A stretch of DNA of 63,998 nucleotides, the filler included, from an uncultured bacterium (lineage in GTDB: Bacteria > CAZSTA01): the NCBI GenBank assembly GCA_964609495.1. It is 5 parts of 5 records of this genome, joined end to end, with 100 filler letters (N's around TTAATTAATTAA, not from the genome) between each part and the next. Parts side by side here need not be neighbours in the genome. Positions count along the whole stretch, not along the records: positions 45,243 to 60,025 come from CAZSTA010000084.1; positions 60,126 to 63,998 come from CAZSTA010000266.1; 3 more parts are not named here. One strand, written 5' to 3'. Position 1 is the stretch's first letter. The number at the start of each line of letters is the position of its first letter. The notes beneath the pieces are model-generated. The model worked only from the letters and a program-made list of their open reading frames with translations. It ran no database searches and had not been told where the DNA came from. Positions 50,591-60,534 of this stretch are shown here, in pieces. Both the position numbers and the translations under genes were made by a program.

Positions 50591-50830
50591 TTAAGAGAGA
50601 GTTATCTCTACTAAATTGGCTAGAACGTCGGAGTAAGTGAAGGATATGTGTCTTTCACTTTTGTCTAATCTTACTATAAATAAATGAGGATAGGTCTTCT
50701 CTAACACTCCCTCTCGCTCCTTACTCCTCTTGCGACCTTTATTAGTCTTGAGAATAACTCTCTTACCGACATAGCCTTCTACCATCTGTTTAACAACGCC
50801 TAAGGAGACTCTCTCTTTGCTAAAGGCCAA
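50591..50830 (-). CDS. veg: Veg protein
   Basis: GRKR…EGVLEKTYP.LF…SFTYSDVL. Confidence 0.92.
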   Translation of the reverse strand: MAFSKERVSLGVVKQMVEGYVGKRVILKTNKGRKRSKEREGVLEKTYPHLFIVRLDKSERHISFTYSDVLANLVEITLS

Positions 50831-50921
50831 TTTTATGCCACCAACCTTTTTGACAATATTTTATTATCAATAGAGGGATAAAGAATTATTAAGTTAAACA
50901 TTCCCGGTCTTCGTCCTTTCA

Positions 50922-50950
50922 ATTATACAACATTTTCCCTCAATTGTCAA
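50922..50950 (-). promoter_or_regulatory. Promoter of the veg-spoVG-tRNA operon
   Basis: TTGACA-17-TATAAT on the minus strand. Confidence 0.8.
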
Positions 50951-53404
50951 CTATGTCGATGAATTTTTTAAGGGCTTTAGGGGAAGGATCAAGTAATAGA
51001 GGGTCATAGATATGAACATAACTGCGAGGAGGGCTATATAAAGACCGAGGCGAAAGGAAAACGATTTGAATATAAATTCTACTTTATTTTTTCCCTTATC
51101 GAGCGCGATAGCCTGCATAAGATAATTTGCCGTAAAAATCCTACCTTCTTTGCCATTTATATAAACTTCCCAGCCTGGATAGCTTATTTGATTTATCAAT
51201 AGAAAACCATCCTCTTTTAACTCAGCAGAGATAAGGATACGATTATCGAGAAGAGAGACCTTCTCTATCTTTCCCTTAGGGGGAGGAATCCTCCCCTCTT
51301 TAAAGAGGGAAGGAGAACTTACCAATTTATCGTTCAATCTGTATTTATCTTCATCAAGTAAGAGATATCTTTGGGGTGCAAAATCTTCGCTCTTCATTCT
51401 GTTCAATATCTCTTCGCCGTTAATGAGTTCCGCTCGAGGGACTAAGAAAGCGCGAGGAAGATAATCCTGATTTTCGTATATGTGGGGACCCTTCTCCCCT
51501 TCTGGAAAGACCGATTTGAGATCGGGATAATTTAGTTCCTCAAAGGATAGGATGTATTTAACATTAGCCAGATCTAATAATTTGGAGTTGGGGAAGTCCT
51601 CATACAGAAGGGATAAAAATTTTTGATTGGCGACTAGAGGAAAGAACCCATATCCAGAGAGATTAGGTATTTTATAAGATAATCCGATGTTATAGGATAA
51701 AGTGTCCTTAAACTTCAAGGTATCCTCGAGGGAAGTGGAGCCAAAGCTTGATACGGGGATATAGCTTTCTATTATCCCTCGGCGATAGAGAGGAGCCTCT
51801 ATTATGCGAAATATTTCCTTATCACTCTTTAGGAACTCTATAGAAGGGGTCTCTTCGAGATAAACCTCTTTTTCGGTAAGCGGAATAAGTTTTATGGAGA
51901 AGATAAATAGATCGGCTACTATCAAAAGCAAGATTATCCCTTTGAATACCCCCAGAGAGAGTTTGTTTCCGAACAATAGAAATAGTGATATCGAAGTGAT
52001 CACTATGATGATAGTTGGCAGATACAGACTATTACGGATCGTGAAATATTTTAGGATGGTAAAATAAAGCTCTTCAAAGGAGGGATTATAAATATTTCGC
52101 CATACAGTGAGCAGAGGTTTCATACCTAAATGGATAAGAAGCACTCCTAAGACGACTACTATCGTTATATATCCAATCGCTTTTTGGACTCTGACTGGAG
52201 GGGAAGGAATCCTTCCCTCTACCCCTCCTATATTATTAATTGTTGGAACAGCAATTTTTCTTATCGAAGTATCAGCGCCCCATCCGACCAAGACCGTCGC
52301 GGAGAAGGTGAATATCGAGGCGAATCTTATGGGACTTCTAAAGAAACTAAAACCAGGTAGATAACGATAAACTAACCTATATAGAGGAGTGTTGAATCCA
52401 AGGGTTAGCAAAAGAGAGAGGAAAGCTAGACCAATGAAGAAATAACTATCTTTTTCGGGACGCCTTGCTATTGAGATAAGGATCAGGATAAAAGGGATTA
52501 ATCCCAAATAGATGTTCACTAGTTGATAACGAGGACCTCCCCAATAATTACCTTCTACAGGATGACCATAAAAATCTGGGAGTATAAGATCTATCAGATG
52601 CTTAATGGGAAGCGATAAGCCTCCCTGTTCACCTAACTTCCCCGAGAGTCTCGATAGCTCATAAGAGGGAAGCAGTTGAATAGCAGAGAGAGATAATCCT
52701 ATAATTAATATTAAGACAAATATCAACAATAATTTAGCCGAGGGATATAAATTCTTTCCCTCTCCGAAAGTTAAATACACCTCAAAGATAAAATATAAGA
52801 AGATGGCTATTAGAGTATAGAAGCCGATCTGAATAAAACCACCTAGAATTTGAAGGGATAGGGTTATTCCTGCTAGAATTACATATATAAGATTTTTCCT
52901 TCTAAATGATAGTCTGAGCAGGAGGAATAGAAGGGGAAGCCACACTACTGAATATAATATCGGCAGAAACTCAGATCTACCTATGAGATATCCGCTGAAC
53001 ATAAAGGATAGGCTGGAGATAAGAGAACCAAAGCCACTAACTCCTAGACTCCTAACAAACATATACATAAATATTCCAGCTAGGAAGATATGAAGGACAA
53101 AGCTATATCCGATAGCCTTGTAGGTGGGTATTAAGTAGAAGATAATATTGGGAGGATAGAACAACGCGGCTTGAGAATCAGCCGCGAAGGGAGTTCCTAG
53201 ATAGGTGTAGTGATTCCACAGAGGGATATATCCACTCCTTATCGCCTCAGAGCCATACAATCGCTCTGGATAGTAATAGAGCATTACATCCCCGAAGAAG
53301 AGAACCCTATTCCCGAAGAGTATCTTGGAGAACGATATCAGAACTAGAGTTAGAAGTATTACTATGGATAAGAGATCCTTCTTTGATATTTTCATCTTGA
53401 ACAT
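50951..53404 (-). CDS. YfhO-family membrane glycosyltransferase (GT-C)
   Basis: PLWN…G.PF.AD.Q..LFYP, AIQLLP, YPGW…NYLMQAI motifs. Confidence 0.88.
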   Translation of the reverse strand: MFKMKISKKDLLSIVILLTLVLISFSKILFGNRVLFFGDVMLYYYPERLYGSEAIRSGYIPLWNHYTYLGTPFAADSQAALFYPPNIIFYLIPTYKAIGYSFVLHIFLAGIFMYMFVRSLGVSGFGSLISSLSFMFSGYLIGRSEFLPILYSVVWLPLLFLLLRLSFRRKNLIYVILAGITLSLQILGGFIQIGFYTLIAIFLYFIFEVYLTFGEGKNLYPSAKLLLIFVLILIIGLSLSAIQLLPSYELSRLSGKLGEQGGLSLPIKHLIDLILPDFYGHPVEGNYWGGPRYQLVNIYLGLIPFILILISIARRPEKDSYFFIGLAFLSLLLTLGFNTPLYRLVYRYLPGFSFFRSPIRFASIFTFSATVLVGWGADTSIRKIAVPTINNIGGVEGRIPSPPVRVQKAIGYITIVVVLGVLLIHLGMKPLLTVWRNIYNPSFEELYFTILKYFTIRNSLYLPTIIIVITSISLFLLFGNKLSLGVFKGIILLLIVADLFIFSIKLIPLTEKEVYLEETPSIEFLKSDKEIFRIIEAPLYRRGIIESYIPVSSFGSTSLEDTLKFKDTLSYNIGLSYKIPNLSGYGFFPLVANQKFLSLLYEDFPNSKLLDLANVKYILSFEELNYPDLKSVFPEGEKGPHIYENQDYLPRAFLVPRAELINGEEILNRMKSEDFAPQRYLLLDEDKYRLNDKLVSSPSLFKEGRIPPPKGKIEKVSLLDNRILISAELKEDGFLLINQISYPGWEVYINGKEGRIFTANYLMQAIALDKGKNKVEFIFKSFSFRLGLYIALLAVMFISMTLYYLILPLKPLKNSST

Positions 53405-54224
53405 GCGTAGGTCTCTTAGATATAGAGGGGATAAGGGACGATTTCTCCTTTATCGGTTTCTGAGCGATACCTAGAAGCGATGATCCAAAGGGGAAATTTA
53501 TATTTCTTGTTAGAAAAGAGCGCTCAGAGGTAAATATCTTGATCATACTTTTGTTGAATAGCTCAGATCCCATCTTCACTTCCGATTCTGGAGGTCTTTC
53601 AACCTTAAAGAGCCTATCCACAATTTTCTTTCCCATTCTTCTAAAGAAAATAATTGGAAAGAGTATAGAGCTTATATGAGTCAACCTCTTGACCTCGAAT
53701 CCTGCCGAGATTATCTTCCTTTTAAATTCGCCCCTATAGTATCGTCGTTTATGATGGCTGGCAAAATCATGCCCACTCCACAGAAAATTATAAGCGGGAA
53801 CGGTGATGAGCAACGTTCCCCTAGGTTTTAAGACTCGATATAACTCCTTTAAAGTTTTCGCGTCCTCCTCTATATGCTCAAGCACATCGAGCATCGTTAT
53901 TACATCGAAGGAATTATCTCTAAAAGGGATTTCCTCTCCAGAAGCTTGTATCAAGTCATACTTTCCCCGAAGGTTACAGAACTGAAGAGCCGACTTGGAG
54001 AGATCGATACCAGTTACCTTGCCGTATCTGGAGAAGTACCTTAAATTAGCCCCTGTTCCGCACCCCACATCTAAAATCCGGCGATTGTTGGGGCTTCTAT
54101 CGACATGTTGATCTAATAAGGATAATATTATATTCCTTCTCCCGACGAACCACCAGTGTTTCTCCTCCATCTCGTAGAACTCGCTATACATAGTTTCTTC
54201 CACAGCTCTCCCCCTCACTTCCAA
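53307..54224 (-). CDS. Class I SAM-dependent methyltransferase
   Basis: HWWF.GRR, ILDVGCGTG, DVLEH, TVPA..LWS.HD. Confidence 0.9.
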   Translation of the reverse strand: MEVRGRAVEETMYSEFYEMEEKHWWFVGRRNIILSLLDQHVDRSPNNRRILDVGCGTGANLRYFSRYGKVTGIDLSKSALQFCNLRGKYDLIQASGEEIPFRDNSFDVITMLDVLEHIEEDAKTLKELYRVLKPRGTLLITVPAYNFLWSGHDFASHHKRRYYRGEFKRKIISAGFEVKRLTHISSILFPIIFFRRMGKKIVDRLFKVERPPESEVKMGSELFNKSMIKIFTSERSFLTRNINFPFGSSLLGIAQKPIKEKSSLIPSISKRPTHVQDENIKEGSLIHSNTSNSSSDIVLQDTLRE

Positions 54225-55219
54225 TTAAGTCTATACTTCGTATTAGCCTCGAACCAACTGATGGTTCTCCTCAGACCTTCCCTCAAATCGATCTCCGCCT
54301 TCCAGCCAAGAAGTTCATGAGCTTTGCTATTATCTCCATAAGATCTCCAAACCTCGCCTGGTCTGTATGGCAAAGCCCCTGTCTTCAGCTTTATCTTGTC
54401 CCCCATCAAAGAAATTATCTCGGTGGCAACCTCGACTAAACTATGTGGCTCGCCAGTCCCTACATTGATCGTCTGACCTATTGCATTATCTAAGAGGGAA
54501 GCTCTAAGGTTCGCCTCCACAATATCATCTATATAGGTGAAATCCCTCGTCTGCTCACCTTTAGTCATCTCAAAATCCTCTCCTCTCAAACAGGAGAGGA
54601 TAACTTGGGGGATGAAGCGTCCGGGATCCTGATGAGGGCCATATATAATAAAAGGTCTCAAAGTTACGATGGGGAGGTTATATATCTTATAATACATATC
54701 ACAGAATAAACGAGCCGCCGCTTTAGAGGCGGAATAAGGAGATAAGGGAGCGACCCTCTGCTCTTCGCTGAATGGAGAAGGATTATTTCCGTACTCCTCC
54801 GCGGTGCTGGTATTCACCAGGCACTTAAAACGGGGGAGAGATTTCCCCTCGGCTAAAGCATTTAGGAGATTCAGAGTTCCCTGAAAATTTATCTTGACTG
54901 CTGGTTCAACATTTCCTATATCCCTGGAGGAATTAGTATAAGCGGCTAAATGATAAATCTTATGGGGTTTTATATCCCCTATAGCCTGAGAGAGTGCTTT
55001 CCTATCTCCTATATCTATATCATATATCTTGACCTCATCCCAAATATCCGCTAATCGTCTCTTGGCCCTCTTCGAAACATAGCTCATCCTATCCAGAAGG
55101 TGAACTTTTGCCCCTTCTTTGACTAGGCGCCTCGAAAGATGCGACCCGACAAATCCACTTGCCCCGGTAACTAAGACCCTTACTCCAGCTAGAATTTTAT
55201 CCATCTGTCCTATTCCCAA
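54215..55219 (-). CDS. NAD-dependent nucleotide-sugar epimerase/dehydratase
   Basis: GASGFVG, YSASK, YGP, RDFTYIDD. Confidence 0.92.
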   Translation of the reverse strand: MGIGQMDKILAGVRVLVTGASGFVGSHLSRRLVKEGAKVHLLDRMSYVSKRAKRRLADIWDEVKIYDIDIGDRKALSQAIGDIKPHKIYHLAAYTNSSRDIGNVEPAVKINFQGTLNLLNALAEGKSLPRFKCLVNTSTAEEYGNNPSPFSEEQRVAPLSPYSASKAAARLFCDMYYKIYNLPIVTLRPFIIYGPHQDPGRFIPQVILSCLRGEDFEMTKGEQTRDFTYIDDIVEANLRASLLDNAIGQTINVGTGEPHSLVEVATEIISLMGDKIKLKTGALPYRPGEVWRSYGDNSKAHELLGWKAEIDLREGLRRTISWFEANTKYRLNWK

Positions 55220-55242
55220 AAGCTGAGGCCCTCCCTATTCCC

Positions 55243-56040
55243 TTATCGCTCCCAGATCCTCCAAGGGACTCCCCCACGATTCCAGATCCTATTCAAAGCC
55301 ATAGCGTCTTTAAATGTATCCATAGATTGCCAGAAACCCTTATGATGATATACTGCCATCTTCCCCTCCCTGGCGAGTCTCTCCATTGGCTCCTTCTCCA
55401 GGATGCTATTCTCATCCAGATAATCGAATATCCTCCGATCGAACACGAAGAAGCCTCCACTGACCCAGTCATCCAAGCGAGGTTTCTCCTTGAAGCTCCC
55501 AACTAAGCCATCTCCATCCACCTCGAATACCCCATACTTTGATAGGGGATGAAGTCCAGTTATAGTGGCTATCTTACCCTTTTCAAGGTGATAATCGAGC
55601 AAAGCATCTAAATCTATATCCGCCACTCCATCACCATAGGTAGCTAAGAATAGTGGCTCTTTTATATATTTTTCGATCCTCTTTATCCGGCCTCCGGTAT
55701 TCGTCTCCAAACCGGTATCAGCCAAAGTGATATTCCAATCCACCTCATTATGTGAGCCATGAAAGGTTATATCCCTCTTATGTCCCAGGTTAATAGTAAA
55801 GTCGTTGTTCATACACTCATAGTTCATAAAATACTCTTTGATCATATTGCCCTTATATCCTAAGCAGAGGACAAAATCTTTATAGCCGTAGTAGGCGTAT
55901 ATCTTCATAATGTGCCAGAGGATCGGTCTTCCCCCTATCTCCACTAGTGGTTTAGGGCGAAATTCGGTCTCCTCCTTGAGCCTCGTCCCCATACCTCCAC
56001 AGAGGATCACAACTTTATAGTTTTTATCTCTCATATTCAT
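55243..56040 (-). CDS. rfbF: Glucose-1-phosphate cytidylyltransferase
   Basis: LCGGMGTRL.EET..PKP.VEIG, TGGRI, TYGDG, FWQSMDT. Confidence 0.95.
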   Translation of the reverse strand: MNMRDKNYKVVILCGGMGTRLKEETEFRPKPLVEIGGRPILWHIMKIYAYYGYKDFVLCLGYKGNMIKEYFMNYECMNNDFTINLGHKRDITFHGSHNEVDWNITLADTGLETNTGGRIKRIEKYIKEPLFLATYGDGVADIDLDALLDYHLEKGKIATITGLHPLSKYGVFEVDGDGLVGSFKEKPRLDDWVSGGFFVFDRRIFDYLDENSILEKEPMERLAREGKMAVYHHKGFWQSMDTFKDAMALNRIWNRGGVPWRIWER

Positions 56041-56098
56041 TATCCACCTCCCTTAAATGATAACTTTTGCTTTCAACTAATATATGGTTAAAAAGTTA

Positions 56099-56788
56099 TC
56101 ATTTCAGCTTGAACTTCATCATATTAGATAAGAACTCCAATATGGTCCTGAATCTAACGCTTGAAGCCCCCTCCTGTCTCTTCTTGAATTTGACTGGCAC
56201 TTCCCCCATTTTATATCCTAAGGCTTGAGCCTTCAATATTATCTCCGCATCTATGAACCAATCTTTAGAATTGAGGTCGAGCAATTCATAAACGTTTCTT
56301 CGCATAATCTTCGGTTTTCCGTTTATATCACCAATGGGGGTATGGAAGAAAATGGGAAATAGAAAATTGAATATCTTGGAGACAAGCTTCCTGATGGGAC
56401 TTGTGTCACGGACTACCCTATAAGCCTTACAAATATCCAGGGAGTCAACTCTGATCTTATCGAATATCTGGACTATGCTCTCCGGAGGTATTTGCCCATC
56501 CCCATCGGAGAAGCCGACATATTCGCCCTGATTCTCCCTAAGACCATTTATTATCCCCCATCCATATCCCTCGTTCACCTCTATAGTAACCGTTCGCAAT
56601 CGGGGGTTATCCTGGGCTAGCAGGGAAATTATCTCCCCGGTTCTATCAGTCGAGCCATTATTGACTAACACTAATTCGTAATCTATTCCCACTTTTTCTA
56701 ACTCAGCTACCAGATCTTGAACTACCTTCCGAACATTCTTCTCCTCGTTATAGAAAGGCAACGTAAGTGATAGCTCATATTTAGTCAT
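56099..56788 (-). CDS. GT2 glycosyltransferase (polyprenyl-phosphate glycosyltransferase-like)
   Basis: PFYNEE, NGSTD, N.GYG, DGDGQ. Confidence 0.9.
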   Translation of the reverse strand: MTKYELSLTLPFYNEEKNVRKVVQDLVAELEKVGIDYELVLVNNGSTDRTGEIISLLAQDNPRLRTVTIEVNEGYGWGIINGLRENQGEYVGFSDGDGQIPPESIVQIFDKIRVDSLDICKAYRVVRDTSPIRKLVSKIFNFLFPIFFHTPIGDINGKPKIMRRNVYELLDLNSKDWFIDAEIILKAQALGYKMGEVPVKFKKRQEGASSVRFRTILEFLSNMMKFKLK

Positions 56789-58532
56789 AATCTGCTTGGG
56801 CTTCCTCAAGCTTTCTATAGATAAGTCTGATGCTCTCGTTTTCTGGATCATATCGTCTCACCCTTTCAAATTGGATCTTCGCTTTTGCTAAATCCCCTCT
56901 CATAAAATATGCCCACCCCAAAGATGCCACCGCATTGATATTATTCGGCTCTCTCGCTAGTATCCTATTGCATTCAGTTGTCATCTCCTCGTATATCTTA
57001 ATTTTAGGGAGAGAGGATGAGGCATCTCTTATGAGAAGCAAAGAATTATCATCATAATATATTAATTTCCATAAATCACTAAGATAGAGTCCACTGATGT
57101 AAGGTAACATCTCTCCATCCGATTGACAGGAGGGAGTTATAATAAAGCTAACCTCATATTTATCTAATAGTTCCTGCCAAGAGGGTTCGGCCTCAACTAT
57201 ATCTAAGTAATCCTCAAAGACTTCGACGCTCGTAGTTCTTCCATCGATAAAGACCTTCTGCTCAGGCCACAACCTCCAGATAAGATATCCGCCCCAATCA
57301 TAGAAGTTGAACATATTCCCCTTTATCCCCTGAGATTTTATAAATTCGACCGCCTTCTGAGGAAATAGAGCTTTATCGACCCCTAACTTCCAACCTGCAG
57401 GCGAGGAGATAGCCAGAATTAAAGATAAAAGAAATATTCCCGAGAGCAATAGGCTAACGGTGGATGGTGCTGGATTAGTCAGGATATTTCCTCTTTTCCT
57501 CATAAATGATGTTATTTTCGCCTCAATTTTAGCTAGGTCTATATCGGCATATTTAGCGAGAATAGGGGATATCGCTATCGCAAACAGGGGCACATGCCTT
57601 GAGGCAGAAAGAGCCAGGTAGGAAAAAGCGGCGAAAATCCCTATATCAACAAGGTCTAACCTCTTTATCGCCGAGATCATAGCTATAAGACTGACAAAAA
57701 ACATCAACCAGAAAAGGGGAGATTGAGAGAAAGTAGGGGAAAACATCTCCCTCACATTTTCGGCGAATACCGAATTAACTTGACGAAGCGGCCATAAGAT
57801 AGCCTGATAAGTTATGGGATTAATCAAAGATACTAGAAATGATATTAGAGCAACACCTATTAGGACTATCAGTTTCTTTGACTCCATAGCAGAGTCGATA
57901 TCGAAGAGATTTTTGGCAATGAATTTCGCCCCTTCACCTAGCACATATATCCCAAGCACTATAAATCCCGCTATAAATGCCGGATGAGAATTCGCCCAAA
58001 AGAGCATAAGCAGAGGCAAAAGAAATATATATTTCTCATCTCGATATCTAAATCGATCTAGGATATAGATAAATACAATTACTAGAAGATAAGATAGAAG
58101 TTGAGGTCTGATGAGCCAGCTTTCCTTAGAAGCGGAAGCACCTACGAGGAGAACGATGAGGGCTAGGTAGGATTTCACTCCTCTATTGAGGGAAGCGAAA
58201 TATACAAAAGTGAATATAAGAACGATGAAGATCGCTCTCAAGAATATCAGCCCGTTGAACCCCAAAGCGAGATAGACTATGTAGAGAAGAAGTTCGAATA
58301 GCCAAGCTATATAATACCAAATTTGACCGGGCGAGGTATAGGAGAATATATCGTAATAAGGGATTATCCCCTTTTCAAATATCACCTCTCCCGTCTTCAA
58401 GTGCCACCAGGTATCGGGATCTTTGATCTCAAATACTGCGAAATAGAAGAGTAAGGTTAAAGCTAGGATAAGGGATACTATATCCCATCGTTTGCTGGTT
58501 ATTAAATTTCTCCATCTGGGGATGCTCTCCAT
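56781..58532 (-). CDS. Multi-pass membrane protein, putative GT-C with TPR (paralog of 37171-39003)
   Basis: DTWWHL, RPQ, WANSH, LINP, WGGYL.W, FIDGR; TPR-like tail. Confidence 0.75.
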   Translation of the reverse strand: MESIPRWRNLITSKRWDIVSLILALTLLFYFAVFEIKDPDTWWHLKTGEVIFEKGIIPYYDIFSYTSPGQIWYYIAWLFELLLYIVYLALGFNGLIFLRAIFIVLIFTFVYFASLNRGVKSYLALIVLLVGASASKESWLIRPQLLSYLLVIVFIYILDRFRYRDEKYIFLLPLLMLFWANSHPAFIAGFIVLGIYVLGEGAKFIAKNLFDIDSAMESKKLIVLIGVALISFLVSLINPITYQAILWPLRQVNSVFAENVREMFSPTFSQSPLFWLMFFVSLIAMISAIKRLDLVDIGIFAAFSYLALSASRHVPLFAIAISPILAKYADIDLAKIEAKITSFMRKRGNILTNPAPSTVSLLLSGIFLLSLILAISSPAGWKLGVDKALFPQKAVEFIKSQGIKGNMFNFYDWGGYLIWRLWPEQKVFIDGRTTSVEVFEDYLDIVEAEPSWQELLDKYEVSFIITPSCQSDGEMLPYISGLYLSDLWKLIYYDDNSLLLIRDASSSLPKIKIYEEMTTECNRILAREPNNINAVASLGWAYFMRGDLAKAKIQFERVRRYDPENESIRLIYRKLEEAQADYD

Positions 58533-58665
58533 CTTAAAAATTCAACCTATATCGAACTCACTATATAATATATTCCCATCCTAGCCAAATTATAGACCTA
58601 ACTGAGCCTAAAATAGAAATATCGGATTTTATCACTGCCTCTCTCACTATGGCTAAAATCCGATT

Positions 58666-58866
58666 GCTCATATTCGCATAAGGTGCGCTAGACTGATCTA
58701 ATAAGCGAAAGAAATAATTTCCCCCTCACCCTATCCCACGAGGGGAGAGGGGACATCCCGATAGGGCTGATCTTCCTATTTTCCCCTCCCTTGATGGGAG
58801 GGGTTAGGGGAGGGTGATTACGAAATAAAGACATTTTTAGCTAAGCACGCAGAATCCAACATGAGC
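58666..58866. mobile_element. MITE-like element containing a double REP-like hairpin
   Basis: GCTCAT…ATGAGC imperfect terminal inverted repeats flanked by AATCCGATT direct repeats (58657-58665, 58868-58876). Confidence 0.55.
58719..58819. repeat. REP-like CCCCTCACCC…GGGAGAGGG repeat, copy 1
   Basis: Reverse complement aligns to 60231-60322 and 62372-62603. Confidence 0.8.
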
Positions 58867-58893
58867 GAATCCGATTATAAACCCTGAGCATCC

Positions 58894-60025
58894 TCAATTT
58901 ATCCTCGGCTTTTGTTTATGGTGATCGGTATTCTGCTCGAAGGTGTAAGCCACTCTCAAGATCGTCTCCTCCGCGAAGGGCTTGGCTATAATCTGCAATC
59001 CAATAGGCAAGCCGTTGTGAAAGCCACAAGGAATCGATATTGCCGGCAAGCCTGCTAAATTGATGGGAACAGTGCAGATATCCACCAGATACATTTGAAG
59101 CGGATCGTCAACCTTCTCTCCGATCTTGAAGGCTGTAACTGGAGAGGTAGGGGTGATTATCACATCGAACTTCTCAAACGCCTTATCGAAATCCTGCTTG
59201 ATTATAGTGCGAACCTTAGCCGCCTTTAGGTAATAGGCATCATAATAACCCGCGCTTAAAGCATAAGTTCCTAGCAGTATCCTTCTCCTCACCTCTGATC
59301 CGAATCCCTCCCGGCGAGTTCTTCGATAAGAATCGATCATATCTAAGCTCTCGTTAGTTCTATATCCATAGCGCATACCATCATAACGAGCTAGATTCGA
59401 ACTGGCCTCGGACATAGCTATTAGATAGTAAGCGGGGATCCCATATTCTATATGAGATAGGGACACTTCATCAGCCTCAGCAGAAAGTCCTACTAGGAGA
59501 TCGACTGCTTTCTTCACCGCCAGTTCAACTTCGGGCATAACTCCTTCCGTGAAGAACTCGGGAGGGACTCCTATCTTCATACCTTTCACATCATTTGTTA
59601 AAGATTTCGTATAATCGGGAAGGGGAAGATCCGCCGAGGTGGAATCCCTAGGATCATAACCCCCGATAACGTTCATAATCAAGGCACAATCGGTAACATC
59701 CTTCGCGATCGGGCCGATCTGATCTAGAGATGAGGCATAAGCGATCAAGCCATAACGGGACACTCGCCCATAAGTGGGTTTTAATCCTACCACTCCACAC
59801 ATCGCCGCCGGTTGGCGAATCGATCCTCCGGTATCAGTTCCTAGAGCCAATATAGTCTCATCCGCGGCAACTGCTGCCGCAGATCCCCCACTCGATCCCC
59901 CAGGAATGGTGGATCTATCCCAGGGGTTATAGGTAGGGCCAAAGTAAGAATTCTCAGTAGTGGACCCCATCGCGAATTCGTCCATATTTGTTCTACCTAC
60001 GAACACAGAATCGGAGGAGAGCAAT
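58894..60025 (-). CDS. gatA: Asp/Glu-tRNA amidotransferase subunit A, 5' truncated
   Basis: [55 protein letters not shown]. Confidence 0.96.
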
Positions 60026-60125
60026 NNNNNNNNNNNNNNNNNNNNNNNNNNNNNNNNNNNNNNNNNNNNTTAATTAATTAANNNNNNNNNNNNNNNNNNN
60101 NNNNNNNNNNNNNNNNNNNNNNNNN
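60026..60125. other. Artificial contig junction
   Basis: N spacer with TTAATTAATTAA. Confidence 0.99.
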
Positions 60126-60230
60126 CTCCCTAGCGAAAAGCTACTTAAAATCTGCTAGCACAAACTTTTACATGCTTACTCAATAGAAGGAAGCATATAA
60201 AATCTGGGCTCTAATTTGCTTTGCATTACA

Positions 60231-60322
60231 CCCTCCCATCGAGAGAGGGGGGAACTAAAGAGAGCAAGCTTATCCCAACGTTCCTCCTCCCCTCGTGGGA
60301 GAGGGCTAGGGTGAGGGGGAAT
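60231..60322. repeat. REP-like repeat, copy 2
   Basis: CCCTCCCATC…TCCCCTCGTGGGAGAGGGCTAGGGTGAGGGGG. Confidence 0.75.
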
Positions 60323-60376
60323 TATAATTCGATCTGAAATCATTTTGATCTCCGATTCTATATGTATCCTCAATAG

Positions 60377-60515
60377 AAAGGAGGTGAAAGAGAGCAATTC
60401 CTCCCCTTAAAGGAAACTTTTGCGGACAATAAAACTCAAGTGTTCTGGTAACTTTTGCAGACAAAAAATATATAAGGTTAAAAAGTTACCGGAATTAAGA
60501 GGTTTTCCTTACGCT
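60377..60515 (+). mobile_element. Remnant IS200/IS605-type end related to the 32655 element
   Basis: 24-bp identity TTCCTCCCCTTAAAGGAAACTTTT with 32939-32962, preceded by AAGGAGG…GCAA. Confidence 0.5.
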
Positions 60516-60534
60516 AAAGTGGGGAGGGGTCTCC

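Noticed and set aside
15040-60125. Four identical N/TTAATTAATTAA blocks spaced about 15 kb apart
   Set aside because: Artificial linkers between size-sorted contigs, not biological repeats
60176-60397. 73-aa ORF with PPHPSPLPRGE
   Set aside because: Translation of the REP-like repeat
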